Shown here: positions 56,199-63,506 of the stretch, piece after piece | Layout: each line of letters begins with the position of its first letter | Position numbering within the stretch: position 1 is the first letter of the stretch | Virus record (IMG/VR): IMGVR_UViG_3300034093_001036 | Coordinates: 24,580 to 88,579 of that record | Reading direction: 5' to 3' (one strand) | DNA: 64,000 bases | Source of the DNA: a virus | Made by a program: the position numbers and the translations under genes | The notes under the pieces: generated by a model | Database searches by the model: none | Seen by the model: the letters and a program-made list of their open reading frames with translations, nothing else | What the model was told of the DNA's origin: nothing

Positions 56199-56795
56199 TT
56201 ATTTTTTTAAGTAATCTATCATTCTTTGAAGGATCTCTACGCTGTCTTTGGCATTACCTAGCGCAGCATTACAGTGATGACACAACAAACCTCTAATACA
56301 ATTACCACAGGCCCTAGTTCCAGGACAGCAGGAATGATTATGGTCTACAGATAGGCGCTTTCTAAATGTACTTTCTTTTAAACCACAAATCCTACAACTA
56401 TAGTCTTGATCTTCTAGCATTTTATGATATTGCTCCATTGTCAAACCATATCTTTCAATATTTCTTGTATGTCTAAGTATGGGAGCACAAGTAATACAAT
56501 ATGATAATTCTTTATATTTAACGTTTTTAGATTGCTTCATTTCCTCTTGAGGAAAATACTCTCCACAGTTGCGACAATGAATATTGCCAGAAGAGTCTAA
56601 TTTTCTAGGAAATATACGTGTGGCATCATTTTCTTTAATGTCATATGCCTTTACACAAACCTTGCACCAAGGCTTTAGTTTATCTTGTGCTTTAGAGTAC
56701 TTGTGAAAATGTAATAGGTTTTTATATTCCCTGCAATTTGTACATTGTTTTTGATTTTTGTCATTGTATTGAACTTTTGTGTATTCTTTTCTCAT
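56199..56795 (-). CDS. Endonuclease VII-family (His-Me) nuclease with N-terminal zinc fingers
   Basis: YGLT.EQY..ML..Q...CRIC...LSVDHNH...IRGLLC..CN.ALG...D; two CxxC-CxxC modules upstream. Confidence 0.88.
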   Translation of the reverse strand: MRKEYTKVQYNDKNQKQCTNCREYKNLLHFHKYSKAQDKLKPWCKVCVKAYDIKENDATRIFPRKLDSSGNIHCRNCGEYFPQEEMKQSKNVKYKELSYCITCAPILRHTRNIERYGLTMEQYHKMLEDQDYSCRICGLKESTFRKRLSVDHNHSCCPGTRACGNCIRGLLCHHCNAALGNAKDSVEILQRMIDYLKK

Positions 56796-56900
56796 ATTAT
56801 AAGTATATCATAAAATTCAGATTTATTCAGATTTCTATATTTACACTTTTTGGAATATTTTATTCAGATGTACGATACACACTATACAGAAAATACACAC

Positions 56901-56932
56901 AAAAAAATAGTGCGCCCATAACAGACGCACTA
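56901..56932 (-). terminator. Intrinsic terminator of the leftward early transcript
   Basis: TAGTGCG...CGCACTA stem followed by TTTTTTT on the minus strand. Confidence 0.7.
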
Positions 56933-56949
56933 GATCTTGGGAAAACCTT

Positions 56950-57132
56950 CTACTTCATTCTACCCTGTATCCATCCATTGTGTATACCTATGATGGGTGC
57001 ATCAATACATACCGCCACACCTTGGTGTAGGGTGCTTCCCATCAATTCAATGAACTCGTGTACATGCTCCTTGGTATCGAATTCCATACCCCGCGTTGTA
57101 CCGCTTGTTGTTGTTAGTGTTAATTTAATCAT
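56950..57132 (-). CDS. Hypothetical early protein, paralog of 58865-59050
   Basis: 60 aa, ATGA-coupled. Confidence 0.75.
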   Translation of the reverse strand: MIKLTLTTTSGTTRGMEFDTKEHVHEFIELMGSTLHQGVAVCIDAPIIGIHNGWIQGRMK

Positions 57133-57278
57133 TGTGTTACCTTTCGCATGTGTGCTACTACATTGACAGAAACCTTTTGTAGGTCTGCTACTACCTTGTT
57201 CATTTCATCTGCTGAGTTAGCAGTAAGCCCTGCGCCTAGTAATTGTGCGCCGTCCCATAGTGAGTAAGTGATAGTCAT
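57129..57278 (-). CDS. 49-aa hypothetical protein
   Basis: Translated by hand: MTITYSLWDGAQLLGAGLTANSADEMNKVVADLQKVSVNVVAHMRKVTQ; ATGA overlaps at both ends. Confidence 0.7.
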   Translation of the reverse strand: MTITYSLWDGAQLLGAGLTANSADEMNKVVADLQKVSVNVVAHMRKVTQ

Positions 57279-57451
57279 TTGATAAGCCCTCTTTTCTTTA
57301 GTAATTCTTGAGCCTTAGCGATTTGCTCAGGTGTAGCGTTGCGATAAGCGTTAATTGTTTCTCTTATCCATGGTGACTTAGCCATAGCCTTCTCATGGGC
57401 TTCATGGCGAGCAATCGCTTGCTCGGCTTGTATTCTATTTAGTGTATTCAT
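57275..57451 (-). CDS. Hypothetical early protein
   Basis: ATG 57451 after GAAAGG; promoter TTGACT..TGTTATACT upstream. Confidence 0.7.
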   Translation of the reverse strand: MNTLNRIQAEQAIARHEAHEKAMAKSPWIRETINAYRNATPEQIAKAQELLKKRGLIK

Positions 57452-57479
57452 CTTGAACACCTTTCTTTATTTTGTATAC

Positions 57480-57710
57480 TGCAAGTATAACAGAGAAATG
57501 TCAAAAAGTCAAGTCCTAGCACGGCGTGTCGCATGTGATGTCCGTCACACGGCACGTGTCAAATCGACACACCGATAACCTCACTATTGTTACGCAATCG
57601 TTATAATTCCCCCTACTAATGTGACCTACCTCTCATGTGATACACCTCATAATGTCCCTAATGTCCGTTTTGCACCCCTCAATTTGTCAGACCCCCCTGC
57701 TATACTTACA
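57480..57710. promoter_or_regulatory. Divergent early promoter region dense in regulator-like boxes
   Basis: Leftward TGTTATACT and rightward TGCTATACT; perfect TGTGA-N6-TCACA at 57534-57549 and two near matches; GACAC motifs; GTTAC-N6-GTTAT. Confidence 0.7.
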
Positions 57711-57762
57711 GTATAAAGAAACACAAGCGGTAAAGAAATCCGCTAAAGAAAGGTGGTCATAA

Positions 57763-57945
57763 ATGACTACATTAGATAAAACAACAGTATGCGTAGAGCA
57801 TAACCCTTATTTCACCGCTATCTCAGAGGTAGCCGATGTGCAATACACATTCTGCCAAGATTGCGAACAGAATATAGACCGCTTTTGGCTAGACTATGGA
57901 ATGGAACGACTACCAGAGTGGTCAGATTGGTCGGTTACTAAATGA
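57763..57945 (+). CDS. Hypothetical Zn-finger-like early protein
   Basis: 60 aa with CVEH...FCQDCEQ; GAAAGGTGG RBS. Confidence 0.75.
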   Translation: MTTLDKTTVCVEHNPYFTAISEVADVQYTFCQDCEQNIDRFWLDYGMERLPEWSDWSVTK

Positions 57946-58109
57946 GTATTTGGACTAGAATTGCTACCACTAGCAATTACCCAAAGGGCATGATGAACCT
58001 ATGCCCATGTGGTCAGGTGGTATTAGCCCCTGCGCTATACCATGAGGGGCAGTCATACATGACTAACCCTAACAAATGTAAAGACTTATTCGAAGGAGTA
58101 AATAAATGA
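57942..58109 (+). CDS. 55-aa hypothetical protein
   Basis: MSIWTRIATT...LCPCGQ...; ATGA overlaps. Confidence 0.65.
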   Translation: MSIWTRIATTSNYPKGMMNLCPCGQVVLAPALYHEGQSYMTNPNKCKDLFEGVNK

Positions 58110-58270
58110 GTACCTATGTACCTATCAAATCCGTATGTGGTGCGGTAACTACCACAATCGACCAGTATGACTATGACCTAAACCCTCATGGTGTTATCTG
58201 TTGCGATAACTGTAACTCTATCGTGTTATGCCGTAAGGCTTGGGATTTTCTATACAAGGAGGTTAAGTAA
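58106..58270 (+). CDS. 54-aa Cys-rich hypothetical protein
   Basis: MSTYVPIKSVCG...ICCDNCNSIVLCRK; GAAGGAG RBS. Confidence 0.7.
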   Translation: MSTYVPIKSVCGAVTTTIDQYDYDLNPHGVICCDNCNSIVLCRKAWDFLYKEVK

Positions 58271-58419
58271 TGAATAACTATGAGTTTAATGTCTATGTAA
58301 CAGTAGAGGCAGAGTCCTATGATGAGGCCATTGATGTATTTGAGTTTCAATTAAAATACGGAATGAATAAAGATAATGTTTATTGTGCAGATATAAAAGA
58401 TTTGGGGATAAGCGAATGA
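58270..58419 (+). CDS. 49-aa hypothetical protein
   Basis: MNNYEFNVYVTVEAESYDEAID...; AAGGAGG RBS and TAATG overlap. Confidence 0.7.
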   Translation: MNNYEFNVYVTVEAESYDEAIDVFEFQLKYGMNKDNVYCADIKDLGISE

Positions 58420-58505
58420 AAACACTTCAAGAAAAACTTGACGCAGTAGCGTTAGAGTTAGAGCCAGTACTTTGGGAATTACTAAATGAAATCGAGGATA
58501 AATAA
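58416..58505 (+). CDS. 29-aa acidic helical microprotein
   Basis: MKTLQEKLDAVALELEPVLWELLNEIEDK; ATGA overlap. Confidence 0.55.
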   Translation: MKTLQEKLDAVALELEPVLWELLNEIEDK

Positions 58506-58596
58506 ATTGTTATTAGTTTTAATTGCAATGATTGTGTTTGGCTTTTTGTATTCACTCTAGTAGTAAAGATCGCATGGATAAATACCCTGCGATTTT

Positions 58597-58831
58597 TGCA
58601 CGTGGCGGTTATCCACAGGGGGTGTGTATAACTAATGTGTTTAAGGTCACACAATTATTTCCCCCATTTACGGCGTGTCGATTTGCTTTTTTGACATTTC
58701 TTTGCTATACTTCTAGTATAACAATTAAATAATGACTAATAAAGCAATGAGCCTTAGCAAATAAATGTGACGAGTATCACAGTGAGCCTAAGCAAATAAG
58801 TGCCCAATTTGTCAGACCCCCCTGTTATACT
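58597..58831 (+). promoter_or_regulatory. Regulatory module: TGCACGTG, inverted DnaA-box pair, CRP-like boxes and two promoters
   Basis: TTATCCACA 58609-58617, TGTGTATAA 58623-58631, TGTGA-N6-TCACA 58766-58781, TATACT at 58706 and 58826. Confidence 0.7.
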
Positions 58832-58864
58832 TATATTAACAAACAAACGAAAGGTAGTCACTAA

Positions 58865-59050
58865 ATGACTTACACTATAAAACTCGAAACCTATTCAGGT
58901 TCCGTAAAAAATATCCCCCTATCAACTAAAGGACAGGTTGCAGATTTTATCTCTAACTATCCTAATGCGTTACCTGTTGGCGTATCTGTTAAAGTATCTT
59001 GCGACATGCTAGGTATTCGTGGAACACTTAGAGGAAAGGCACTTATCTAA
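58865..59050 (+). CDS. Hypothetical early protein, paralog of 56950-57132
   Basis: 61 aa with GAAAGG RBS. Confidence 0.75.
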   Translation: MTYTIKLETYSGSVKNIPLSTKGQVADFISNYPNALPVGVSVKVSCDMLGIRGTLRGKALI

Positions 59051-59205
59051 TGATAAACTCAGTACTCTCTATCCCTTGCGAAGAATGCCACGCAACAGGT
59101 TTAATCTTTTTTGGCGATGAAGATAATTTCGATGTAGAATCTTGCGTATGCGATTTTGGCATGGAGCAAGACCTTAATTTATTCAATACACCCGAATCAA
59201 ACTAA
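59050..59205 (+). CDS. 51-aa Zn-ribbon-like protein
   Basis: MINSVLSIPCEECHATG...ESCVCD; TAATG overlap. Confidence 0.7.
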   Translation: MINSVLSIPCEECHATGLIFFGDEDNFDVESCVCDFGMEQDLNLFNTPESN

Positions 59206-59223
59206 AGAATAGGAAATAAAAAA

Positions 59224-59433
59224 ATGACAGTATCAATCGAACACAACCTAAAGTTTATCACAGAGGTAGACGAGACTCACCCCGTAGGAATGCAACTGCT
59301 TAGACTTTCAGAGTCAATGCAAATTGTAATGCTTGAAGGAATGCTAAAAGAGTTACTTGCTCCCCGCATTCAACCCGCCATTGATGAATTAAATGCTAAT
59401 GGTTCATATGCAATTCTTAAGGTGGTCAAATAA
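59224..59433 (+). CDS. Hypothetical protein
   Basis: 69-aa ORF in the coupled early operon. Confidence 0.75.
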   Translation: MTVSIEHNLKFITEVDETHPVGMQLLRLSESMQIVMLEGMLKELLAPRIQPAIDELNANGSYAILKVVK

Positions 59434-59618
59434 TGATGACACGCAAAGACTATGTAGCAACCGCAGAAATCCTGCACGGATTTAAAGATTTAATCGGTGA
59501 CCAATTAGTTTTTGAAGATTTGGTCGATGAGTTTTCGCTAATGTTTGAAAGCGATAACGAAAGATTTGACCATGTAAAGTTTTTCAATGCTTGCCATAAG
59601 GAAATGGAGTTAGTGTAA
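59433..59618 (+). CDS. Conserved phage hypothetical protein
   Basis: MTRKDYVATAEIL...DNERFD..KF..AC. Confidence 0.75.
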   Translation: MMTRKDYVATAEILHGFKDLIGDQLVFEDLVDEFSLMFESDNERFDHVKFFNACHKEMELV

Positions 59619-59911
59619 TGACAACAACAACAACGACAACTACATCAACAAACCCAGCAACAGTTACAACTACTGCAACTGCAACTCTCTTGCCATGGAA
59701 TGGATTTGCAATTTCGGGCTTTGTTCTTTCACTTACTATTTGGCCAATGGCTTTTATCTTTAGTCCAATAGCACTTAGCCAATTTAAAAGAAATGGTGAA
59801 AACTGGAACAGAGGTAAAGGTCTTGCAACTGCAGGTTTAATTATTGCAATAGTGCAAGCAGTTTTTACTGTTTTGTTTTGGGATTATCTTCTTAGCGATA
59901 TGGAATACTAA
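59618..59911 (+). CDS. DUF4190-like membrane protein
   Basis: NGFAISGFVLSL...IALSQFKR....GKGLATAGLII; Thr-rich N-terminus. Confidence 0.7.
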   Translation: MTTTTTTTTSTNPATVTTTATATLLPWNGFAISGFVLSLTIWPMAFIFSPIALSQFKRNGENWNRGKGLATAGLIIAIVQAVFTVLFWDYLLSDMEY

Positions 59912-59970
59912 TCCTATAATAAATTATCCTGAGCATGATTTAAAACTGCTCGATCTTTTAACAAAAAAAA

Positions 59971-60155
59971 TGCACGTGTGACTTATCCACAGGCTGTGTA
60001 TAACTTTAAGTAGCATGTGATTTTTCTCACACTCTCTGAGCGTCTCATTATTTAAGACTACTCGCTAGTAGGTTGATAATTTATGACTAATAGGCTAGAC
60101 TTACATAGTAAGAAAAAATAAATAAGCAAGATTTGTCAGACCCCTATGGTAGGAT
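59971..60155 (+). promoter_or_regulatory. Regulatory module: TGCACGTG, inverted DnaA-box pair, CRP-like box and promoter
   Basis: TTATCCACA 59983-59991, TGTGTATAA 59995-60003, TGTGA-N6-TCACA 60016-60031, TGTCAG-N10-TAGGAT 60134-60155. Confidence 0.7.
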
Positions 60156-60189
60156 AAAGTTAATAACAAAAAAAGAAAGAGGTTGCCCA

Positions 60190-60396
60190 ATGGCTACTAA
60201 ACTATACACAATACAGGATTTACTAATTGGTAAAAACTATCGTTCCCGTAATCGTCACTTTGAGGGAGAAATTATTTCTGCCTCTCCACGCCCTGCAATT
60301 TGGTATGGAGAAAATACTGAGGCGTATGTCGTTGAAGTCTATGACCGCACTTTGCGAAGTAAGTTTGCAACAGTAGCAGTAAAGGTTGGTGAGTAA
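60190..60396 (+). CDS. Hypothetical protein, possible SH3-like barrel
   Basis: ATG 60190 after GAAAGAGG; MATKLYTIQDLLIGKNY. Confidence 0.7.
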   Translation: MATKLYTIQDLLIGKNYRSRNRHFEGEIISASPRPAIWYGENTEAYVVEVYDRTLRSKFATVAVKVGE

Positions 60397-60617
60397 TGAA
60401 TAACGAATACCTATACGCAGTAACAGTATCGTATGATAGTAACCCCGTTCATTGGACGGGTCGTTACTCTGATGCACTAAGTGCAGTTAATGCTTTCAAC
60501 GAAATTGTTGATTGGGGATTTGCTGATGAATATTCAACAGTTAATTTATCTGAACCAAGTGGAAAGATGCACACCCGCACTTTCTATCGTGAAGGACGAA
60601 AGGTCGTAACAAAATAA
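60396..60617 (+). CDS. Hypothetical protein
   Basis: 73 aa, TAATG coupling. Confidence 0.75.
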   Translation: MNNEYLYAVTVSYDSNPVHWTGRYSDALSAVNAFNEIVDWGFADEYSTVNLSEPSGKMHTRTFYREGRKVVTK

Positions 60618-60886
60618 TGGGAAGCGTAACTGCACTCGGTATTCAAGATACCGTACTTGATTTAGAAACACAATTAGCATATCACTTGCAGGGTAATCAC
60701 TATCCTCCAGTACCGCTATCTATGGTGCAACCTTGCATAGATGCTATTGACGCATACTATGATGAGGACTACCGCAGAGAGATAGATTTGCCTCAAGGAG
60801 TGTTGTGGCGTGGGCAGGTTACTGCACCAGCAGATGCAATAATTGAGCAACACCATTTATCTTTTTGGCTACCAGAGGAGGACTAA
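60617..60886 (+). CDS. Hypothetical protein
   Basis: 89 aa with HLQGNHYPPVP and IIEQHHL. Confidence 0.75.
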   Translation: MGSVTALGIQDTVLDLETQLAYHLQGNHYPPVPLSMVQPCIDAIDAYYDEDYRREIDLPQGVLWRGQVTAPADAIIEQHHLSFWLPEED

Positions 60887-61120
60887 ATGTCTGATACAAT
60901 AAACAATATGGAACTTAGATTTGCTGATAACTTAAAACCATCTCAACTTATAGAAGGCGATCTAATTAAGGTTGATGATGAATATGTAACTATTGAAACC
61001 ATTACAGAAAATGAAGATGGATTTAATATTTATACTAGAAATGATTTTAACGAAGAGGGTCACATTTATTTATTTGATGATGAAACTATTGAGTGGTATG
61101 TATTCTTTGAAGAAGACTAA
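60887..61120 (+). CDS. Acidic hypothetical protein
   Basis: 77 aa with GAGGAGG RBS. Confidence 0.7.
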   Translation: MSDTINNMELRFADNLKPSQLIEGDLIKVDDEYVTIETITENEDGFNIYTRNDFNEEGHIYLFDDETIEWYVFFEED

Positions 61121-61232
61121 TCACTAAAGTATTTTTATGTGCTTCCCCGCATAAAAATGCACGTGGCGCCTGTGTGAGATTTATCACATTTAAGATATTG
61201 ACATTTTTTCCCATGTATGCTAAGATTAATTT

Positions 61233-61376
61233 ATGAAGAAAACACCAGAGGAATTACGCAGGCTTATGGAATTACGCCGTAGCAATGCGGCCTCTGCCGT
61301 GCCCTCTAAGAAATCCTATAACCGTAGGAAATGTCAGTCCGAAATGCTACAATTAAAACAACAAGAAGGAGAATAG
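61233..61376 (+). CDS. 47-aa basic microprotein
   Basis: MKKTPEELRRLMELRRSNAASAVPSKKSYNRRK...; leaderless after TTGACA..TGCTAAGAT. Confidence 0.65.
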   Translation: MKKTPEELRRLMELRRSNAASAVPSKKSYNRRKCQSEMLQLKQQEGE

Positions 61377-61380
61377 CCCC

Positions 61381-61557
61381 ATGGGAAATATCGCAGATGA
61401 ATTCTATGATGAATACTATGCAACAACCTGCCCTGAATGTAAAGAAAATGCGGTAGACGCATATGAAGAAAAATGCACTCATTGTTTACTAGAAGAAATG
61501 TCCGCAACCTATAACGAAGACATTGCTCTAGAAATGAGTCTTGGCCTTGACTACTAA
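61381..61557 (+). CDS. 58-aa acidic Zn-finger protein
   Basis: CPEC...CTHC; GAAGGAG RBS. Confidence 0.7.
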   Translation: MGNIADEFYDEYYATTCPECKENAVDAYEEKCTHCLLEEMSATYNEDIALEMSLGLDY

Positions 61558-62281
61558 TACACTTAAACTAAAACGCTCTAAAGATAGAAAGGTTGCTAAT
61601 GCCGTCACACCTAATGGAAAACAAGCAAGTATCGCAAATACCTTTGGCCTCCCTGCTGGAAAGGCTTTCTCGTGTCCTGGTGCCACGAGTGTATGTGAAT
61701 CCGTATGCTATGCAGGAAAACTCGAAAAGATCTTCCCAACCGTAAAAGTTAACCTGCTACACAATTGGGCCCTGCTAAAAGACGCAGACTATTTAACTAT
61801 GCTTAATCTCATTGCTGAGATGATTGCAGACTTCAAGGCTGATTGTATAAAGAAAGACGCCCCCATGCTATTCCGCATTCACTGGGACGGTGACTTCTTT
61901 AATGATACTTATACCACTGCATGGTCCGATGTAATCAAACTTAATCCTGATATTCAATTTTGGGTATACACTCGTGTAAAATCTGCAGCCCTCCTACTTA
62001 AGGACATTGATAATCTTAGTCTTTATTTTTCTGCTGATAGTGAGAATGTAAAAACTGCCGTTGATTTAAAAATTAACAGTGGTGTACGCATGGCATACCT
62101 TGCTAAGAATTTTGCAATTGGTAAGGCAGACATAAAAGAAATGATTGGTAAGCCTGCTGCTAAGTGTCCTGAGAATAATAAACAGATTCCACTTATCTCA
62201 ACAAATGGAAGCGCTTGCGTTTCTTGCTCACTTTGTGTATACTCTAAGAGTGACATAATTTTTTCATCGAGTAAGAAATGA
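61541..62281 (+). CDS. GP88-like protein (radical SAM-like Cys cluster)
   Basis: FGLPAG..SCPGATSVCESVCYA, FRIHWDGDF, FWVYTR and C-terminal CP...CVSCSLC. Confidence 0.75.
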   Translation: MALTTNTLKLKRSKDRKVANAVTPNGKQASIANTFGLPAGKAFSCPGATSVCESVCYAGKLEKIFPTVKVNLLHNWALLKDADYLTMLNLIAEMIADFKADCIKKDAPMLFRIHWDGDFFNDTYTTAWSDVIKLNPDIQFWVYTRVKSAALLLKDIDNLSLYFSADSENVKTAVDLKINSGVRMAYLAKNFAIGKADIKEMIGKPAAKCPENNKQIPLISTNGSACVSCSLCVYSKSDIIFSSSKK

Positions 62282-62520
62282 GATAACATGCGTAGTACTC
62301 AAGTTATACTTTTATTTTGGTTGTTGCTTCTTTTATTTTTCCATCAATAAAATAAAAGGGTGCACGTCGCAAAGATCCAGGTTTGTCAAGTTTATGATAG
62401 GCTTTTAAGATGTGATTAAGGACACACCGCAAATCCCCCGCTGGATTGGTATTTATGACATTTTTATGCTAAAATTATACTATAAGCAATTAACCCCCAC
62501 AACAGAAAGGCAAGACCCAA

Positions 62521-62691
62521 ATGACACTACACGGATACACTTACCAAATTGGTGATTTATTCACAACAAGCAAGACAGGCGTTACAGGTCGTATCGCAGG
62601 ATTTACACCAATGTCTAATAAGGTTACTAGAGTTAGCCTCATCTTGGCAAATGGCGCACAACGCCTTGCTATGGTTAAGACCTCTAAGTAA
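62521..62691 (+). CDS. 56-aa SH3/KOW-like small protein
   Basis: Translated by hand: MTLHGYTYQIGDLFTTSKTGVTGRIAGF...; GAAAGG RBS and own promoter. Confidence 0.7.
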   Translation: MTLHGYTYQIGDLFTTSKTGVTGRIAGFTPMSNKVTRVSLILANGAQRLAMVKTSK

Positions 62692-62797
62692 TCTCACAAT
62701 GTGAGAAATGTTAAGTTTCGATTTGACATTTCTACAACCAAAATGTTATACTTAGGTATAACTAAATAACAACCCCTAAACAGAAAAGAGAAAAACA

Positions 62798-62962
62798 ATG
62801 TCAGTAGCAACAGCAACATACAAGGTCGGCGATACTTTCACGACACAGAAGTCAAAGGTAACAGGAGTTATCCAAGAAATTAACCCACTACCAAATGGTA
62901 ATGTGCGAGTTAAGTTAGATGTAAATGGTTCAGCCCGTTACACAACTTGGACGGCTAAGTAA
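62798..62962 (+). CDS. 54-aa SH3/KOW-like small protein, paralog of 62521-62691
   Basis: Translated by hand: MSVATATYKVGDTFTTQKSKVTGVIQEI...; TTGACA..TGTTATACT promoter. Confidence 0.7.
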   Translation: MSVATATYKVGDTFTTQKSKVTGVIQEINPLPNGNVRVKLDVNGSARYTTWTAK

Positions 62963-63044
62963 TCTAATTACTAATTCCTGAGTAGGAATACAAACTGCTC
63001 AACCTCCCCCAACTAATACCCCATAAAAGAAAAGAGATAAACAG

Positions 63045-63467
63045 ATGGCTAGAGCAAAAGCAATAAATGTAAAAATCCCAACAGTTCGAGTAATCGCAGG
63101 ACTAGAGCAAGCACTTGCTACACTAGAAACAGACTACGCAACACAAGAAGCAAAAGAAGCAAAGTATGAAATTGCTCGCAAGGCATGGCAGGAAGCACTT
63201 TGTGCCTATGCCGTAGCAAACATCTCAAAGGCAGAAAACTTCCGTACTAACTATCGTCATTGGTCAAACAATCTTAACATTGACTTTGACTTAACAGTTA
63301 CAGAAAAAGAAATGCCAACAGAGCCTGAGAAGGACTTTGAGACAATTCACATTAGCACTTATCGTGAGTCAAAGAAAGAAATAACAAACGCAATTCGTCT
63401 GTTAAAGATGACAGATGAGGAAACAGTTAATACCTCAACCTACAACGCAATCGCACAGTACCTATAA
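63045..63467 (+). CDS. Hypothetical protein
   Basis: 140-aa ORF with purine-rich RBS. Confidence 0.8.
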   Translation: MARAKAINVKIPTVRVIAGLEQALATLETDYATQEAKEAKYEIARKAWQEALCAYAVANISKAENFRTNYRHWSNNLNIDFDLTVTEKEMPTEPEKDFETIHISTYRESKKEITNAIRLLKMTDEETVNTSTYNAIAQYL

Positions 63468-63472
63468 ATGAA

Positions 63473-63506
63473 ATTGGGGGAGGCGTAAAAACCTCCCTCA
63501 ACTTTC
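63473..63506 (+). terminator. Strong hairpin after 63045-63467
   Basis: GGGGAGG-CGTAAAA-CCTCCCC followed by a weak T-tract. Confidence 0.5.

Noticed and set aside
56738-58732. ORF-track entries 56738-57166 (+), 58427-58654 (-) and 58532-58732 (+)
   Set aside because: They overlap better-supported coupled genes or the motif-rich regulatory module and have no RBS.
62288-62350. 20-aa hydrophobic ORF MRSTQVILLFWLLLLLFFHQ
   Set aside because: It could be a membrane micropeptide, but it is too short and T-rich, with a weak RBS, to support from sequence alone.
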